A stretch of 64,000 nt of DNA from Camelus ferus. Its lineage: Eukaryota. The translations under genes and the position numbers were made by a program. The notes beneath the pieces were generated by a model. That model was not told the origin of the DNA. It was given only the letters and a program-made list of their open reading frames with translations, and ran no database searches. The first letter of the stretch is position 1. Each line of letters starts with the position of its first letter. Below are positions 1 to 12,519 of this stretch, piece by piece. The stretch spans positions 24,492,001 through 24,556,000 of the forward strand of contig NC_045696.1 in NCBI RefSeq assembly GCF_009834535.1, written 5' to 3'.

Positions 1-1129
1 TTTGTGTTTCTTTTAGATTTCTGCCCTTGCGGCATCTAAGGAATGGGTTCTTTCCTTCCTACCTTCCTTCCTTCCCTCCTTCCTGTTTTCTCTTTGCTTT
101 ACAGAAAAGTAACCTACAGATTAGGTAAAAAAAACTTATCTCTGTCATTGCATAAAATAGTGGACGGACAATTTAATTGACTTAAAAAGTTTTAATAACT
201 ACTTTACACCCAGTGTTACTAATTCTAAATATCCAGGCCCTCCAGTATTATATAGTTAATATATTATTTTCTTGCCATGTGTTTTTTCCTTCCCTACTTG
301 ATCCATATTCCATAGGTTTCTACTTTTAAGGTAAAATCAAGGAACCAAAGATGTTTATGTTGGTTTTCCACACAAAATTGTTATAGAACTTTTATTCTGA
401 ACTTCCCTTCTTAATTCTATGATGCGGGTACATCTTACACTTTTTAAAGTATCTGTTCAGTGTGACCATTGATTCAACAGTATCTGGATAATTGCTTTTA
501 GGTACAGACACATTAGGTAACACTAAGTGATTGAGATTGTAGAACAAAATCCTTCTTTAGCTCTTTTGTTTATAATATGACTTTTTTTTTAATAGAAGAT
601 ATTTGGCCTGGTTTTAAAGACTTGGTAAAAAGTAGACTTGGAGATACATGATCAGATTTTTGTCTAGCAATCTGTAATTTCCTGTGTCACCACACAGACT
701 TCTGTCTTAGGGCTAGCACAGCTGTGAAAAAGATGTTAAAAATCATAGAACCCCACCTGTATCTATGACAAAATAATTAAAAGCATGCAAGTTTATAAAG
801 GCTATCTCCTCCTATACACTCTGCAAAAAATAGAGCTTGCCATATGCCACAAAATAGGCACCTTACTTGCCTATACCAACGTGGAGAGTTTTCAGAAAGG
901 ATGGATGAAGAATTGCTCCTGTGAAAATATGAGCAGAGAATCACAACTCGTCAAACTCAAGCCAGATAACATTACACAAGAGTGTTCTTTGCGGGAGAAT
1001 CAGCCAGACTTATCATCTGAATAAGGGTTCAATGATTACCCCAACCATCTCACATTCTTAGACCATTCCCTAGTTTACTACTGAATAAGAAATTATTTTA
1101 ATAAGAAACCTTTTCTAAAAATGTATTAA

Positions 1130-1330
1130 ATTATCTTTATTTTCCCTTGATTTAAAAAGTAGCATATCCTGGTTCATTAAAAAATTGGAAAATACAGCAA
1201 TTACAAAGCAGAAAATTTTCTCCCACCATTCAGAGGGAGAAAAAGGTAAATGTGTATATCTTCAAATTCATACACACATATAGACAAGCAATAATATACT
1301 CAGAGCTGTACATACTGTTCATAAAACAAT
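1130..1330 (-). mobile_element. Old L1ME-type 3' end fragment
   Basis: ttcattaaaaaattggaaaatacagcaattacaaagcagaaaatt resembles the antisense L1ME 3' terminus. Confidence 0.45.
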
Positions 1331-1401
1331 AATGGATATTTTTAAGGAAGAAGCATAAAAAGACCGATTTGTTGGTACATCTTGCTCATCACTGTTAAAT
1401 T

Positions 1402-1626
1402 TAAGGGTTGGTAGAAACATTTTTTTAAACGCAGGATTTGGTACTATTCCTCACGCAGAGATACCATTGAAAGATAGTTTTCCAGAAACAAAATTTCTCC
1501 CAAAAGGAATAAAAATAGAAGCATACAATGTGCATTTTAATACATTTTACCAGGATGCCCCTAATGTATCTTTCATGTGACAAATATGAATGCTGCCACC
1601 ATCTAACTAAACATTGCCAGCCCCTG
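1402..1626. mobile_element. hAT-type non-autonomous DNA transposon remnant
   Basis: Ends in ttgccagcccctg, a hAT-Charlie-like TIR, with a degenerate partner aagggttggtag at the start. Confidence 0.35.
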
Positions 1627-1752
1627 ACAGGTGAGGCTGCCGCAGGGGCGAGTCCCTGATGGGCGGCGCTACCATTTTGGTCTCTGTGTGTGGGTATGTG
1701 GGGGTGGGGGTGGCGACTGGACGGGTATTTCAACTATTTCTGTTGTTCCAGT

Positions 1753-1820
1753 TTATTATTATTATTATTACTGTTACTGTTATTGTTGTTGTTGTTATTA
1801 TTATTATTATTATTATTATT
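1753..1820. repeat. (TTA/TTG/CTG)n compound trinucleotide microsatellite
   Basis: Directly visible. It produces the spurious poly-Leu and poly-Tyr/Cys ORFs. Confidence 0.95.
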
Positions 1821-2279
1821 TCCTAAAAATGAGAGCTTCCAAAAGGCAAGGGAGAGTGAAAACTTTTATAAAATTTTTAAATTCTTGGAATGGAAGTCTT
1901 CTCATTATGTCCAAGACAATTGCTTTGAACATACCTTTGTTTTGGACATACAGTTGCTTCTCATTATGTCCACTACTTTGCTTTCATACCTTTGAATTTT
2001 ACTCATATATTCAAGAATTTACTTCGTTCAAGATAAATCTGTAGAGTAGGCAACTTAGTTGCAGATAAATATGGAAGAAATTACTCACCTAAAATAAGGG
2101 ATCATTTTTTATAGCTGTAGTTTTGCGAACTGAATTCATTGCACTGGCTCAAACAGCATATTTAGTAGCATAGACAAACATGTAGCCAGCAGGGAAGCAT
2201 GCAGTGTTGTCAGATTGATATGTGTCCAGTTCACTGAGGGGACTCGAGGGAAGCACTGGCTAGTACCTGTGGGACTGTC

Positions 2280-3780
2280 AAGATGGGCTTTGTGACACAG
2301 GTAACCACTGAGGTGGTGGTTAAACTATCAGGTGTCAATCAGTCAGCAAAGAAGAGAAAGGCATTCTAGAGGAGCATAGACTAGAGCAGCTCAATACATC
2401 ACACAAGGTCAAAGCTTTTCCTGATGGTGTAAGCACAGTGTGCCAAGAAAAAGGTGAGGCAGGGTGCCCCACGAGAGACGGTAAGAAGATGTGCTATAAA
2501 GAAAGCCAAATACTTTTGTAAGCCATCTGTAGCCGATGCTGTCAGAGCCCCACCCATGTCCCTTATAACTAAACCAGGTCACTGTGCTCCAGTGCAGGAT
2601 TCAAGCTGTGACTGACAGCTTGGATCTGTAGGAGGTCATTCTGTCCACTTGTAGCAGGCTAGAAGGGCCGAGGGAAGTGAGACCCCCTCCCAGGAGCAGA
2701 CTGATTGGAATAGATGTGTACACCCCCCAACCAACCTCCCGCTCCAGCGGGATAACTCTGAGAAGTGAGATTGGCGGCACTTCCCTGAGTATTCCAGCAG
2801 GATTAAGCTTCAGTCATCCTGCTTTCCTGCCTCTGTATCAGCTCCCCACTCCCTTCCTGGTATTCCTTGTGCTCCCAAATACACTATCATTGTGCGAACC
2901 CTTATGTCATGGTCTGCTTCTGGGGAAATGTAAGCTAAGGCACCATGATAAGACGTGCTAAAAAGGAGTTCAAAGGTTTCAGGTTAAAAAATAATAATTT
3001 TGAGAGGTCATATTGGCAGCAAGGGGATAGTGGAGGTGGAGATGGAGGAGAGTAGAGGCAAGAACACTGGTGAGGAGGACACTGCTAGAGTCTAAGGGAA
3101 GATTGTAAATACTGAACTAGGGCACTAGGGCGTTGGAGGGTGGAGATAGATGTGGAGGCACCGGGAGATATAGTGGCCATAGATGGGGAGGCCGTATAAT
3201 CAAGACCTTAGGGAAGACTGAGAAGGAATGGTCAAAGGGATAGCAGCAGCCCAAGAGAGGATGTTATGCGTTCTAGGAGGGAAGGAGCAACCAACTGTGC
3301 AAGAGCTACAGAGAGATGACGTTGCAGTGGCTCCACTGGATTGGAAATTTGAATCATTAATGATCTTTCACAAATCACTTTCCATAGGATGGTAGGGACA
3401 GAATTCTTATTGTAGGGGACTGAAGAACCAATGAGCTGACCAAGTGATGATAAACCAGCCTCTGGAAGCATCTCTTGGCTATGAAAGGAAGGAGAAAGAA
3501 AATGATGGTTAATGGAAGGAGGCTTAAGGTCAGAAAGGGTGTTTTTAGAGGCAGAGATGGCTTGAGCTGATGTGTGGACTGATAGTGATAGAACAAGTCA
3601 GGTGAAAAGGCTGAAAATCTATCAGTTCGTAGTATAAGGTCTTTGTTCTGGAAGAGATGGTGAGGGTGGGGATGAAATCACGAACATAGAAAGAAGTTTA
3701 ACCTCTCATTGGCAAGTTGAAGGGAAACTGTTTCTATGCCAGACACGTGAGGGGAGGTAGGAAGTCAAGAAGCTGGTCTG
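2280..3780 (-). mobile_element. L2 LINE remnant interrupted by LTR16
   Basis: Purine-rich antisense L2 motifs (aaggcattctagaggagcat, ccactggattggaaatttgaatcatt) lie on both sides of the LTR. Confidence 0.65.
2528..2942 (+). mobile_element. LTR16-family (ERVL) solo LTR
   Basis: TGTAGCCGATGCTGTC...GGTCTGCTTCTGGGGAAATGTAAGCTAAGGCA with TG..CA termini and a 5-bp TSD ccatc/ccatg. Confidence 0.8.
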
Positions 3781-5504
3781 AGAAGGGTGGCACCTTTGAA
3801 ATTCCTTCTTCAAATTGTTTCGATGGGGATTCCTGAAATCTCACATTCATAAAGAAAGCCAGAGTGCTTGTTGCAGCTGCAGTCCTGTGTCTTCAGCTGT
3901 GTACTGCAGAGACAGAAGGTGGATGTAACCAAGGATTGGGAGCGGGGAAAGAAAGGAGTCCATTTGGGAAATGGGACCATAAAGTTTATGGTGCTCATGA
4001 TTTTCAAATGTTTTTGGAAGCAATGGAAAAAAGAATGCAAAGAAAGTGAGTTTATTTCCTAAAATGCATTTTTGTTTTGTTTTGTAGTTTTCCCTTGCTA
4101 ATGTCATCTCAAGTTCTATATTTTGCAAATATAAAGACTGCACCATGTGTGTGGATTAGTACAAATCATCACTCCAGGAGTAAGCAAGTTGATGCACACT
4201 CTAGGTTTTAATGGAGCAGGTTGTTATTCTTTACACCAACTTACTAAGGTCTCTAAATTCTACCTAAGAGGTGTACACTGAGTACTCTAATATCTACCCC
4301 TTCAAAAAAAAAAAGAGCTCTCCACATTAATCCTAAATATAGATCTGTCTGTCTGTCACTAGGTACAGACTTAGCAGGTTTTAGTTTTTCAGATCTTCTT
4401 TTTGGTGTCTAATTTCCTAAAGTCCACGAGACAGACAGCTGTCTGGGGGCCTGAGAGCTAAGACAATGAACATGCAGATATCAAGGAAATGGTCTTTTTA
4501 CATCAACAGCTCCAATTACATCTGAGCATTTCCTCATTCTTGCCTGACTGTAGAGTTTCATAAATTGTAATCTGTGTTAAATTAAGGCACATTCTTTCTT
4601 ACTAATGGAGGTGGTTAGGGTTAACTTCTTTAGCCTGCCTTAATTTTAGCAAGGCAAGACCTAATTAAAGTTATCTCCAGATTCCCATAGTTTGACATTT
4701 TTACTCTGTATCCTGTAGAAAAACAAAGCATACAGATATTTGCATATTAAACCAATGGAAAATATTAAAAACTTTTTTTAGCATTCAAAGAAGATCTGTT
4801 TTTATTTCTAGGCAATAATACTTTTTATTTTAGCCATTGTTTCCTCATCAGTCTGATAAATGAAAATATTTTGTCTTCTCTTGAAGTTGAAGTTTCTAGA
4901 AGAGGGTGCTACTTTTCTTCATTTAAAACAGGAAGTTTTTCTCACTGGTTGACTGACTTCTTTCTTTTTATATGTTCTTGGCTAAAGTTTGGGCTTCCTA
5001 AACTTGGTTGATTCTTTTTGGTCCAAGTGACATAGAAGATGCAGCAATTAACCACTTAATTTAAACAACGTTAACAGTCAATTTAAGTAATTCTAACATC
5101 TAGCACGTTCACACCCTGAACTATTGATGAAGAGAAATCTATAAAGAAGAATATTGGTAACGAGCCAGTGTGGAGCTGAGTCATTTAGGAAATGAAGTAA
5201 ACAGTTCAATTTCTAACGTGGAACATTTAGAATCCCTCTGGATGACTTATATTAGTGCTGTCAAATGGCTAAACTAGCAATTTTTCAATCATGTCCAACT
5301 TGCAATATTGTAATATTGTTTGATTTTATGACATCCTCTTTCACCTTTTTGCACTTTTCTGCATTTTTGCACTTAACTAAGCAACTATGTCCACTTTGCT
5401 TGTAGATTATTTTTTCTTTAAGTTACCTAGAAACCCTCTAGTTTGCCTTAAAGTCAGTTTTGGAAATCATTGCATTAGAAATAGAGAATGGTAAAGAATC
5501 CTGG

Positions 5505-5590
5505 GAAGCATCTGGTCCTAACCCTTAGAAATAGACTCTGAGGCCCAGAGAGGCAAAGTGAATTGCCTAAAGTCAGACAGCTAATTACTA
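5505..5590 (-). mobile_element. MIR fragment
   Basis: ctgaggcccagagaggcaaagtgaattgcctaaagtcagacagcta is the antisense MIR core. Confidence 0.7.
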
Positions 5591-5594
5591 GTAG

Positions 5595-5782
5595 TTATGG
5601 GTGTAATTGTTCTTGCCACTTGTGTCCACATCCATTGCGATGTGATGTTGCCGCTCTTTCTATTAAAAGGAGGCATCTACTTCCCCACACTTTAAATCTG
5701 GACTTGCATTGTGACTTCCTTTGGCTGATAGAATGCAGGAGAAATAAGGATGCCAGTTCTGCAGCAATAGATAACTAATACA
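5595..5782 (+). mobile_element. MLT1 (MaLR) LTR with internal deletion
   Basis: MLT1 5' motifs (tgtgacttcctttggctgatagaatg) are joined directly to the 3' terminus gcagcaatagataactaataca. Confidence 0.7.
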
Positions 5783-6391
5783 TAATTTATTTTTTTATTT
5801 TATTTTATTTTATTATTTTACTTTATGTTTTAACTGCCAGAGTATTCTAGAAAATCAGCAGTATTCAGATTATTTTTTTTCCCTCCACTCCTGCTTCCAA
5901 CTACCTGGTAAATTTTCAAGTATTTGATTTCTTTGCTTGTATAATGTGTAATTTCTTTAACATCTTCTACCTTATGAAGCTTTTTAAATGGGTTCTTTTC
6001 TGTTTTTGAGTTTTTAGGAATATCTTCGGCAGAGGTGGATTTTTTTTTTTTATTGTGCTATTGGGCATTACTTTGTGGCACAAAGTTTTAATCCACTTAA
6101 CAGCTTCCAGCACATTTATTTTTTTGGCAGGCAGGTGATGCTGTCAGCTGTGTTCATACTAGCAGGCAAATTGCAGCAAGCCAGTAGTTCTTGGAATGAA
6201 TTAAAAAAAGAGGATCTTTAACTAAAAGGGAGGTCAACTTGCTGTATTTGATAAATTTCAGTTCCTTGTCACCTGAAGCCATGTATATTAGCATATACTA
6301 TTTGTGGCCTGAATAGAATCATGTTATCTGAAAGCCTCTGTTTATTTTGGATGATTTACTCATTCTTACGTGAGTGGGAAGGAAGGAAGGA

Positions 6392-6610
6392 TGATGTAGT
6401 AAAATCAGCACTGAACCTCGTGATTGGAAACCTGAGTTCAAATTCTAGATCATTCACCCATTAGTTGTGTCACTTTGAGCAAGTCACTTAGCTTCTCTTA
6501 ATTCAATTTCTTTCATTTTAAATTTCCAATATACTTAGAGTTTTTTGTTTGTTTGCTTGCTTGATTTGAGACTAAGGTGAAGCATGTAAAGCCTTTTGTA
6601 AATTGCAAAT
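6392..6610 (+). mobile_element. MIR SINE
   Basis: Core sequence acctgagttcaaattctag...tgtgtcactttgagcaagtcacttagcttctc. Confidence 0.75.
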
Positions 6611-6614
6611 TCTA

Positions 6615-6850
6615 ATCTCTACTTCTCTTCTGAGCTCTACACGTTTTCAGTTGCCTTTTGGACATTATCCACTGCATGTCCCACATCTAAAACCCGTCTC
6701 GACATGCAGTACTCAAGCTTTCATTTTCTCTCAACTTCCCTAGTTCTATTACACGATACTGACATTTTGTCAGTTACCCAGATTTTAAATCTCCAAATCA
6801 GTTTTTGATGCCCCTCTTTCAGTTATTCTTTATAAGGCATTCACTTATTT
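6615..6850 (+). mobile_element. L2 fragment
   Basis: ctcttctgagctc...tgccttttggacattatccactgcatgtcc matches an L2 ORF2 motif. Confidence 0.55.
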
Positions 6851-8224
6851 ATTAATTTAAACATACAGCCAATGCTTATTTATCACCTGCTGTTTTCTGT
6901 TGCTGTACACCCTCCTTCTTTCAGTCCGAGCCCTATGTTTCAAACCAGATTTTGCTCCATATTATCTCCCTATTACAAATTCTGCTTCTCTGAATTTGGC
7001 ATCCATCTTAGGTCTCTCAGCCCAGACCTTAGCCAGATTTTATCATTCTCTCTTTGTCTTCTCACCAGCCCCAGTCTCTCTTGTCTCTGGTCTACACCCT
7101 TTAGGACCTGCCCCTTTACCTTCCAGTAACCAGTTGTGCCACTAACCCAATTTGTTTTCATTCCTATATTCCTGATGAAAGAAGAAAATCAGACTCTTTA
7201 AGTGACACTGAAGGTGTTGTCCAGGTGTAATAATAAACATTTCCTTATTTGTGAAATAAAAAGGTTCTGGGCTACAGACTACCTCACTAGGTCATTGTGA
7301 AATGTACACTGACAGGCACAGGGGAAACACTCACAGCCTAAGACCAGGATGTGGGATTGTCTAACACTGAGTGCAATACTCCAACAATTCAAGTCAAAGC
7401 ATCTTAGAATCTAATTAGGGAGATGAGATCGATACATTTCATATAATTCATGTATATAAAGTATGAAATCCAGTGCAGGTGAATGAGTACAAAGTGAAAA
7501 GGTGGGAAGTATGAAGTAAGGTTACTCAAGGAAGACAAGCAGGTGGTGACTTGTAAAGAAACTAATAGATATGAATTGGCGAAAAGAGAGCAAGAGAGTA
7601 TTTTAGTATTTAGCATTTTGTGAATAATTACATAGGAAAATGCTCCAGAATAAAGCAAAGTGTGGCATGTGGCACTGACCTGATAAAATGAGATGTGTTT
7701 TTAGGCTAAAGATTGTGGTGCCAGTTACTGCAGACTTACATTCTTAACCTAGTAACAGAGAAAGATATGTGATGTAATGTTTCCAGTATTATCCACATTT
7801 CATTTTCAAAAAAACCCTATGGCTTTCGTTGTGTTGTTCTTAAAGAATCAAGTTAGGAACTTAATGGATTTGTAAATCCTTTGATAATATATTAAACATT
7901 ATCTCTAAGCCCACTTTTAAAGGCACTGTTTGAAACATAAAATAATACTTGCGGAGGAAAGAAATTTGGCTGCATTTAAACAACTATCCTTCCAAGGGAG
8001 GTTTCCTGTGTTTTATTTATGAACATCAATTGCTTTTCCTTTCTGTGTGAATTGGGCCAGAAAATCACAAATGCAAAAGTCTTTGGGTTTGTCTAATTCA
8101 AGCCTTGCATATTTTACAAATGAGGAACAGAGAGAGGGGGGTTAAATGTCTTTTACCAGGTCATAGCTATGCCATGGCCAAAATGAAACCTAAACTGCTA
8201 TCTAGGTTTTCAGTCTTGTGCTTT

Positions 8225-9060
8225 AAAAAATACACCGAAGAACATAGGATAGTCAAGACAATGTGAAAGACACAGAGCAAATCTGGAGTATGTACCAGAG
8301 AACAAGACTTGCTCTAAAGCTATAGAAATTAAGAAAATGTAAGACTGACAGAAAGATTGACCAGTGGAATATGATAGAGATTCCAGAAACCTATCCACTT
8401 AGAAACAGTACCTTGATAAGATGATAAGGATGCCACTTCACGTCAGTAGAAAACTGATGATCTTCTCAATAAACAGCACTGGGTCAAAACTGGATGTATC
8501 AATGCAGAACAAAACAAAGGAACCTCGACTCCCACCTCACACCAAACACTGAAATCAATTTGAAATGGATCACAGACATTACATATGAAAGCTAAATCAA
8601 TCAACCTTCTAGAATAGAACATGGAGAATTTCCTCATGACTTTGAAATAGGTAAAGATTTCTTAACTAAGACACAATAGCCACTAAGGAAAAGATTAATA
8701 AATAATTAAAGGAAAAGAAACTATTAATAAATAATTAAAGTTGTTTAATTAATAAATAATTAAAAGTTCTCATTAAGTGATAGCATTAGGATGAAAATCA
8801 AGCCACAGACTTGGAAAAGATTGGTGTAATATATACATATGTAATGTATGTATTTGTCAAAGTACTCATCAACAAAATATAAAGAGCTCTTACAAATAAG
8901 TAACTCTTACAAAGAAAATAAAAAACAGACAGCTAAATTAAGAATGGGTGAAAGATTTGAACAGACATTTCTGTGTCAAAATGGCTAAGAAACATGAAAA
9001 GGAGCTCAACGTTGTTAAAACCACGATTAAAACACATATGCCAGAAGAGCTAACATTATG
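8225..9060 (+). mobile_element. Old L1M ORF2 3' fragment (degraded)
   Basis: L1 ORF2 hallmarks (gaccagtggaatatgatagag, cacctcacaccaaacactgaaatcaatttgaaatggatcacagac, aggtaaagatttcttaac), with many stops. Confidence 0.85.
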
Positions 9061-9157
9061 AAGGTGAATTATAGCTCAGTTTTTAAAAATTGGCAATGGT
9101 ATTATTTCTTGAAAAAAAAAATATACCATTAAGAAATCTTAGAGAAAAATTTGCCTC

Positions 9158-9246
9158 ATTTTTTTTTTAATGGAGGTACTGGGGATTGAACCCAGGACCT
9201 TGTGCCTGCTAAGCACACACTCTACCACTGAGCTCTACCCACCCGC
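9158..9246 (-). mobile_element. Camelid-type tRNA-derived SINE (vic-1-like)
   Basis: Reverse complement GGGTAGAGCTCAGTGGTAGAGTGTGTGCTTAGCAGGCACAAGGTCCTGGGTTCAATCCCCAGTACCTCCATT(A)n has an A box, B box and poly(A). TSD tgcctc at 9152-9157 and 9247-9252. Confidence 0.85.
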
Positions 9247-10275
9247 TGCCTCTTAGGCTAGTAAGTACTTGAAATATTTGCTTTTGTTCTCCCACTACTA
9301 TGGCTTCCCATCCTTGCATCATGGTGGTGCACACAGACGATGCTGAGATTTATGCACTCTGAAATTTTCCACAGCTGGAGGAGACAAGTTAGGGATCGCT
9401 GATCCCTAGAGGCCATACATGGTGGTCTGTAGGTATAACAGTATTTTGGTTTGGCCAACTCTATGAAAACATTCACTGTTTCAGCATCATTAAACAAAGC
9501 ATTAGCATAAAGGCAGATGCAGTGAGGTTGTTCTAGATAAAAGTACATTAAGTTCACCTAAACAAAAAGAGAAGTTCAACAAGCACATATTTTCCTTGGA
9601 CACTAAATTTGTACTGTACCTAAAGCAAAGAGATTAATAGTAAACAGCCAGTGCACTTCCCAGTGTCATGAAATCTTATCAAGGAAAAGCATTTCAATTT
9701 AGTTGGGGAAAACACAGTATTCCAGAGTCATGAGCATCTTGCGGCTCATATGGAGTGCTCTCTGGAGCTAGTGATCAAGCCATCTCCTGAAATCTGCTGG
9801 ATAGAAGATACTAATTATATTTGCTATTACCTATCTATATCTTTTCTATTAAATTAAAACTTTAAAGGACTATTAATGAAAGAAGGACAATTGTATTTGT
9901 AGTCATAGGGCATCCGTTTAAATTAAATGCATTTTTCCATTTAGTTTTGTCAGGTATTTTAAAAGTCTAATTTATTCCAGTTTGCTTACAAAGTTTAAAG
10001 CTATCTTTCATTCATTGCAGTTTTCAGGAGTTTGGGAAAAGATGCAAGAACCTTGAGATTTTTCAATTCTATGCCATACGTTTTATAAATAAAATTGAGG
10101 CTCAGAGATAACATTTATGGATTCTTCCCCCACTGGAATACCTTTTAAGAAACATTATTCTTCTCTACCATATCTATAAATCACTACTTTCTAAAACAAA
10201 TCTCTTAAACTTCCTAAAAGCTTATTTTATCAAATTCTACTTTTGTTGCAAAAAAACATTGAAAATCTTTACAAG

Positions 10276-10802
10276 TGTCAACTGAAATAAAATGCACAAC
10301 CAATAAGTTGAGAATTATGTTTTATTCAGTGGACTTCCTGAGGACTCAAGCCTGGGACACAACCTCTCATATCACTCTAAGGGACTGTTCCACCCAGGCA
10401 AGGGAGAAGCCAGGATATATAGGAGTTTTGTTTTGTTTTTGTTTTTTGTAATAAAGACCAAGTAGTCAGAACATCAAAAGATTACTGTTAATTAAAGAAA
10501 ATCAGATATCTCAAGTTAAGGAATTTAGCACTTTTCTATGCATAGGAAGGTGCAAAGGTCTGGGTTCTTTGAAATCATTCCTGGCTATCTTGGGCGAGTA
10601 TCCTGTTCTTTTATATCCTGAGTTCCCTCAGGGTGCACCGTTGCGGTTGGCTGCAGAGGCGGGCTGCCTACTTGTCTGCATCCTGAGTTCTCTCTGCTCA
10701 CTGTTGGGGGTGATGGTAAGGGGTGGCAGTAGCAGCTGATGACTTGATGGCCCCAGTATCTTTTGTTTACTGATATGGTTGGCAATATATTTTTCATTTA
10801 TA
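10276..10802 (-). mobile_element. MER41-like ERV1 solo LTR (cetartiodactyl type)
   Basis: tgtcaactgaaataaaatgcacaacc...aagccaggatatataggagtttt...aagttaaggaatttagcacttttctatg matches the recalled antisense MER41_BT-like consensus. 4-bp TSD caag/ccag. Confidence 0.75.
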
Positions 10803-10954
10803 CCAGGTAAAGCTGGAAATTTCAGCATTTTAAAACAAATACATTTCTATAAACATTTATTTAACAAATATGGCTCTCCCTAGTTTTCCTTCAAAAATCA
10901 GTCCATGAAAATTTAAAATACTTGTCCATCATAAAAATGTACAACTGTTAGTTT

Positions 10955-11060
10955 TCTTCCTCTTTCTCTCTTTCTGTCTCTCTCTTTCTCTCTGTCTCTT
11001 CCCCTTCCCCTTCTCTCTTCCCTTCCTCCCTCCCTTTATTTCTCTCTCTCTCCTTTCCTT
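10955..11060. repeat. CT-rich polypyrimidine low-complexity tract
   Basis: (TC)n and (CCCTT)n runs are visible. Confidence 0.85.
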
Positions 11061-11552
11061 TGATATTTGATGCTTAAAAACAGGAAAACAATGTTATGTG
11101 AGTTGAAAAGATGATAGATATGATTATAATTCTTTCTGTGATTTATTTCCAAGATGGTAGGTATTTTATGTTCTGCTATTCTAATTGTGCTTCTTCAAAA
11201 TTCATGACTTGACATCAGTCCTTTGTTTATGAAGTTTGAGAAATGGACCTGAGACAATACATGATTATTTATTAAACTAAGACATTCCTTTGCAATGAAA
11301 AGGACTGTATGATTTCTAAATATTTCAACCTAATTTAAGGAAGTTCCACCTGGGCATATGGCAGGGGAGGTCTCAGAACTGTCTGTACTATAATTTCATG
11401 AAGCAGTCCACAAGATTTGAATATAAAGATTACATTTGCCTCTATCTAACTGGAAATTTTCTTCTCCCTCACTCTAACTTTACCATTTTCTCTGCTCTGA
11501 AATATCCATCATGAATATCAAGAACCAGAGGGACCCTGGATACCTTTCAGAC

Positions 11553-11715
11553 CAGAGTTTCTCAACTGCTATGTGGTGACCTGCTGATACACCCAGAATA
11601 GTTATAGCTGTGTTGAGATATCGTCTCCTTGGTACTTGAAGTGGCCAGTGGGCCTTGAGGAAACCTCCACCTTTTGTGTGTGTGATTTTATGTGAAAAAT
11701 GTTGAGAAAAAAACC
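11553..11715. mobile_element. hAT-Charlie MITE remnant inserted in a MIR3-like fragment
   Basis: Inverted ends cagagtttctcaac ... gttgagaaaa, with MIR-like flanks. Confidence 0.45.
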
Positions 11716-11959
11716 TATTCTATCACTTTTGTTTTGTAGATAAAGAAACTGAAAAACCCTTTGAGTTTGAAAGGCTTTGTCACAGAGTTCTGCAGTTCAA
11801 GGGCTAGATATAGAATCCAAATCTTGTGGCTTCGGCTCTGATGTACTTTGGCCAAGACACACTTCCTTCCTTCTTTTTGAGTGAGACAGTAAAATTTAGT
11901 GGCTGCTTGTGGTATGCACTTTAATTGGAAGACATGACCCAACTAATTCACAATAGCAG

Positions 11960-12170
11960 TTTGTTGAATTCTTCCTCGGATTCACTTTACACACGTTGGT
12001 ATCAATTTATATTAAAAAAAAGACTTTAAGACAGATTCTATCATCCCTTTTTTATAGACGTGGAAATTGGCATTCAGAGAAATTAAGTGACCTGTCAAAG
12101 ATTTCGTAGTAACTTACTGAATTCAAACGCAGGTCTGTCGGGCTCCAAAGGGTGTGTTCGCTGCACCCTA
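11960..12170 (-). mobile_element. MIR SINE
   Basis: ttttatagacgtggaaattggcattcagagaaattaagtgacctgtcaaag...attcaaacgcaggtctgtc. Confidence 0.75.
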
Positions 12171-12519
12171 TCATAACTACCTATTGTAATGAAAAGTAAT
12201 TGTCACCTTACAGAGTATAGAAATTTATCTGCAGAGGAAGTAGGTAAAAGATAGTTTAATTTTTAGTATATGAGAGGAGAAAGCTATGATGTGAGTCAAC
12301 AGGGGCATTTGCCGTGTCTCCAAGACCTAGTCTCTCTCTTTGCATTAGCCATGACTTTTGGGCAGTGGGTGTCTTAGTTAAAATACTTCAGAGGACTTTT
12401 GCAGAAAAAAATCCCAAGATATTTTATTGTTATTATTGCTTCAAGCAGATACAGGAGTTAGGAAAAATTCAAGTTATAGTAAAAGTACAGAGGGAAAATT
12501 TTTACAAAGATTTAAAACA

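Noticed and set aside
1631..2044. 137-aa and 101-aa ORFs with poly-Tyr/Cys and poly-Leu runs (signal-peptide-like)
   Set aside because: Produced by the (TTA/TTG)n microsatellite; non-ATG or weak starts and no splice support.
9171..9246. tRNA-Ala-like gene
   Set aside because: Poly(A) tail, TSD and mismatched stems indicate a SINE copy rather than a functional tRNA.
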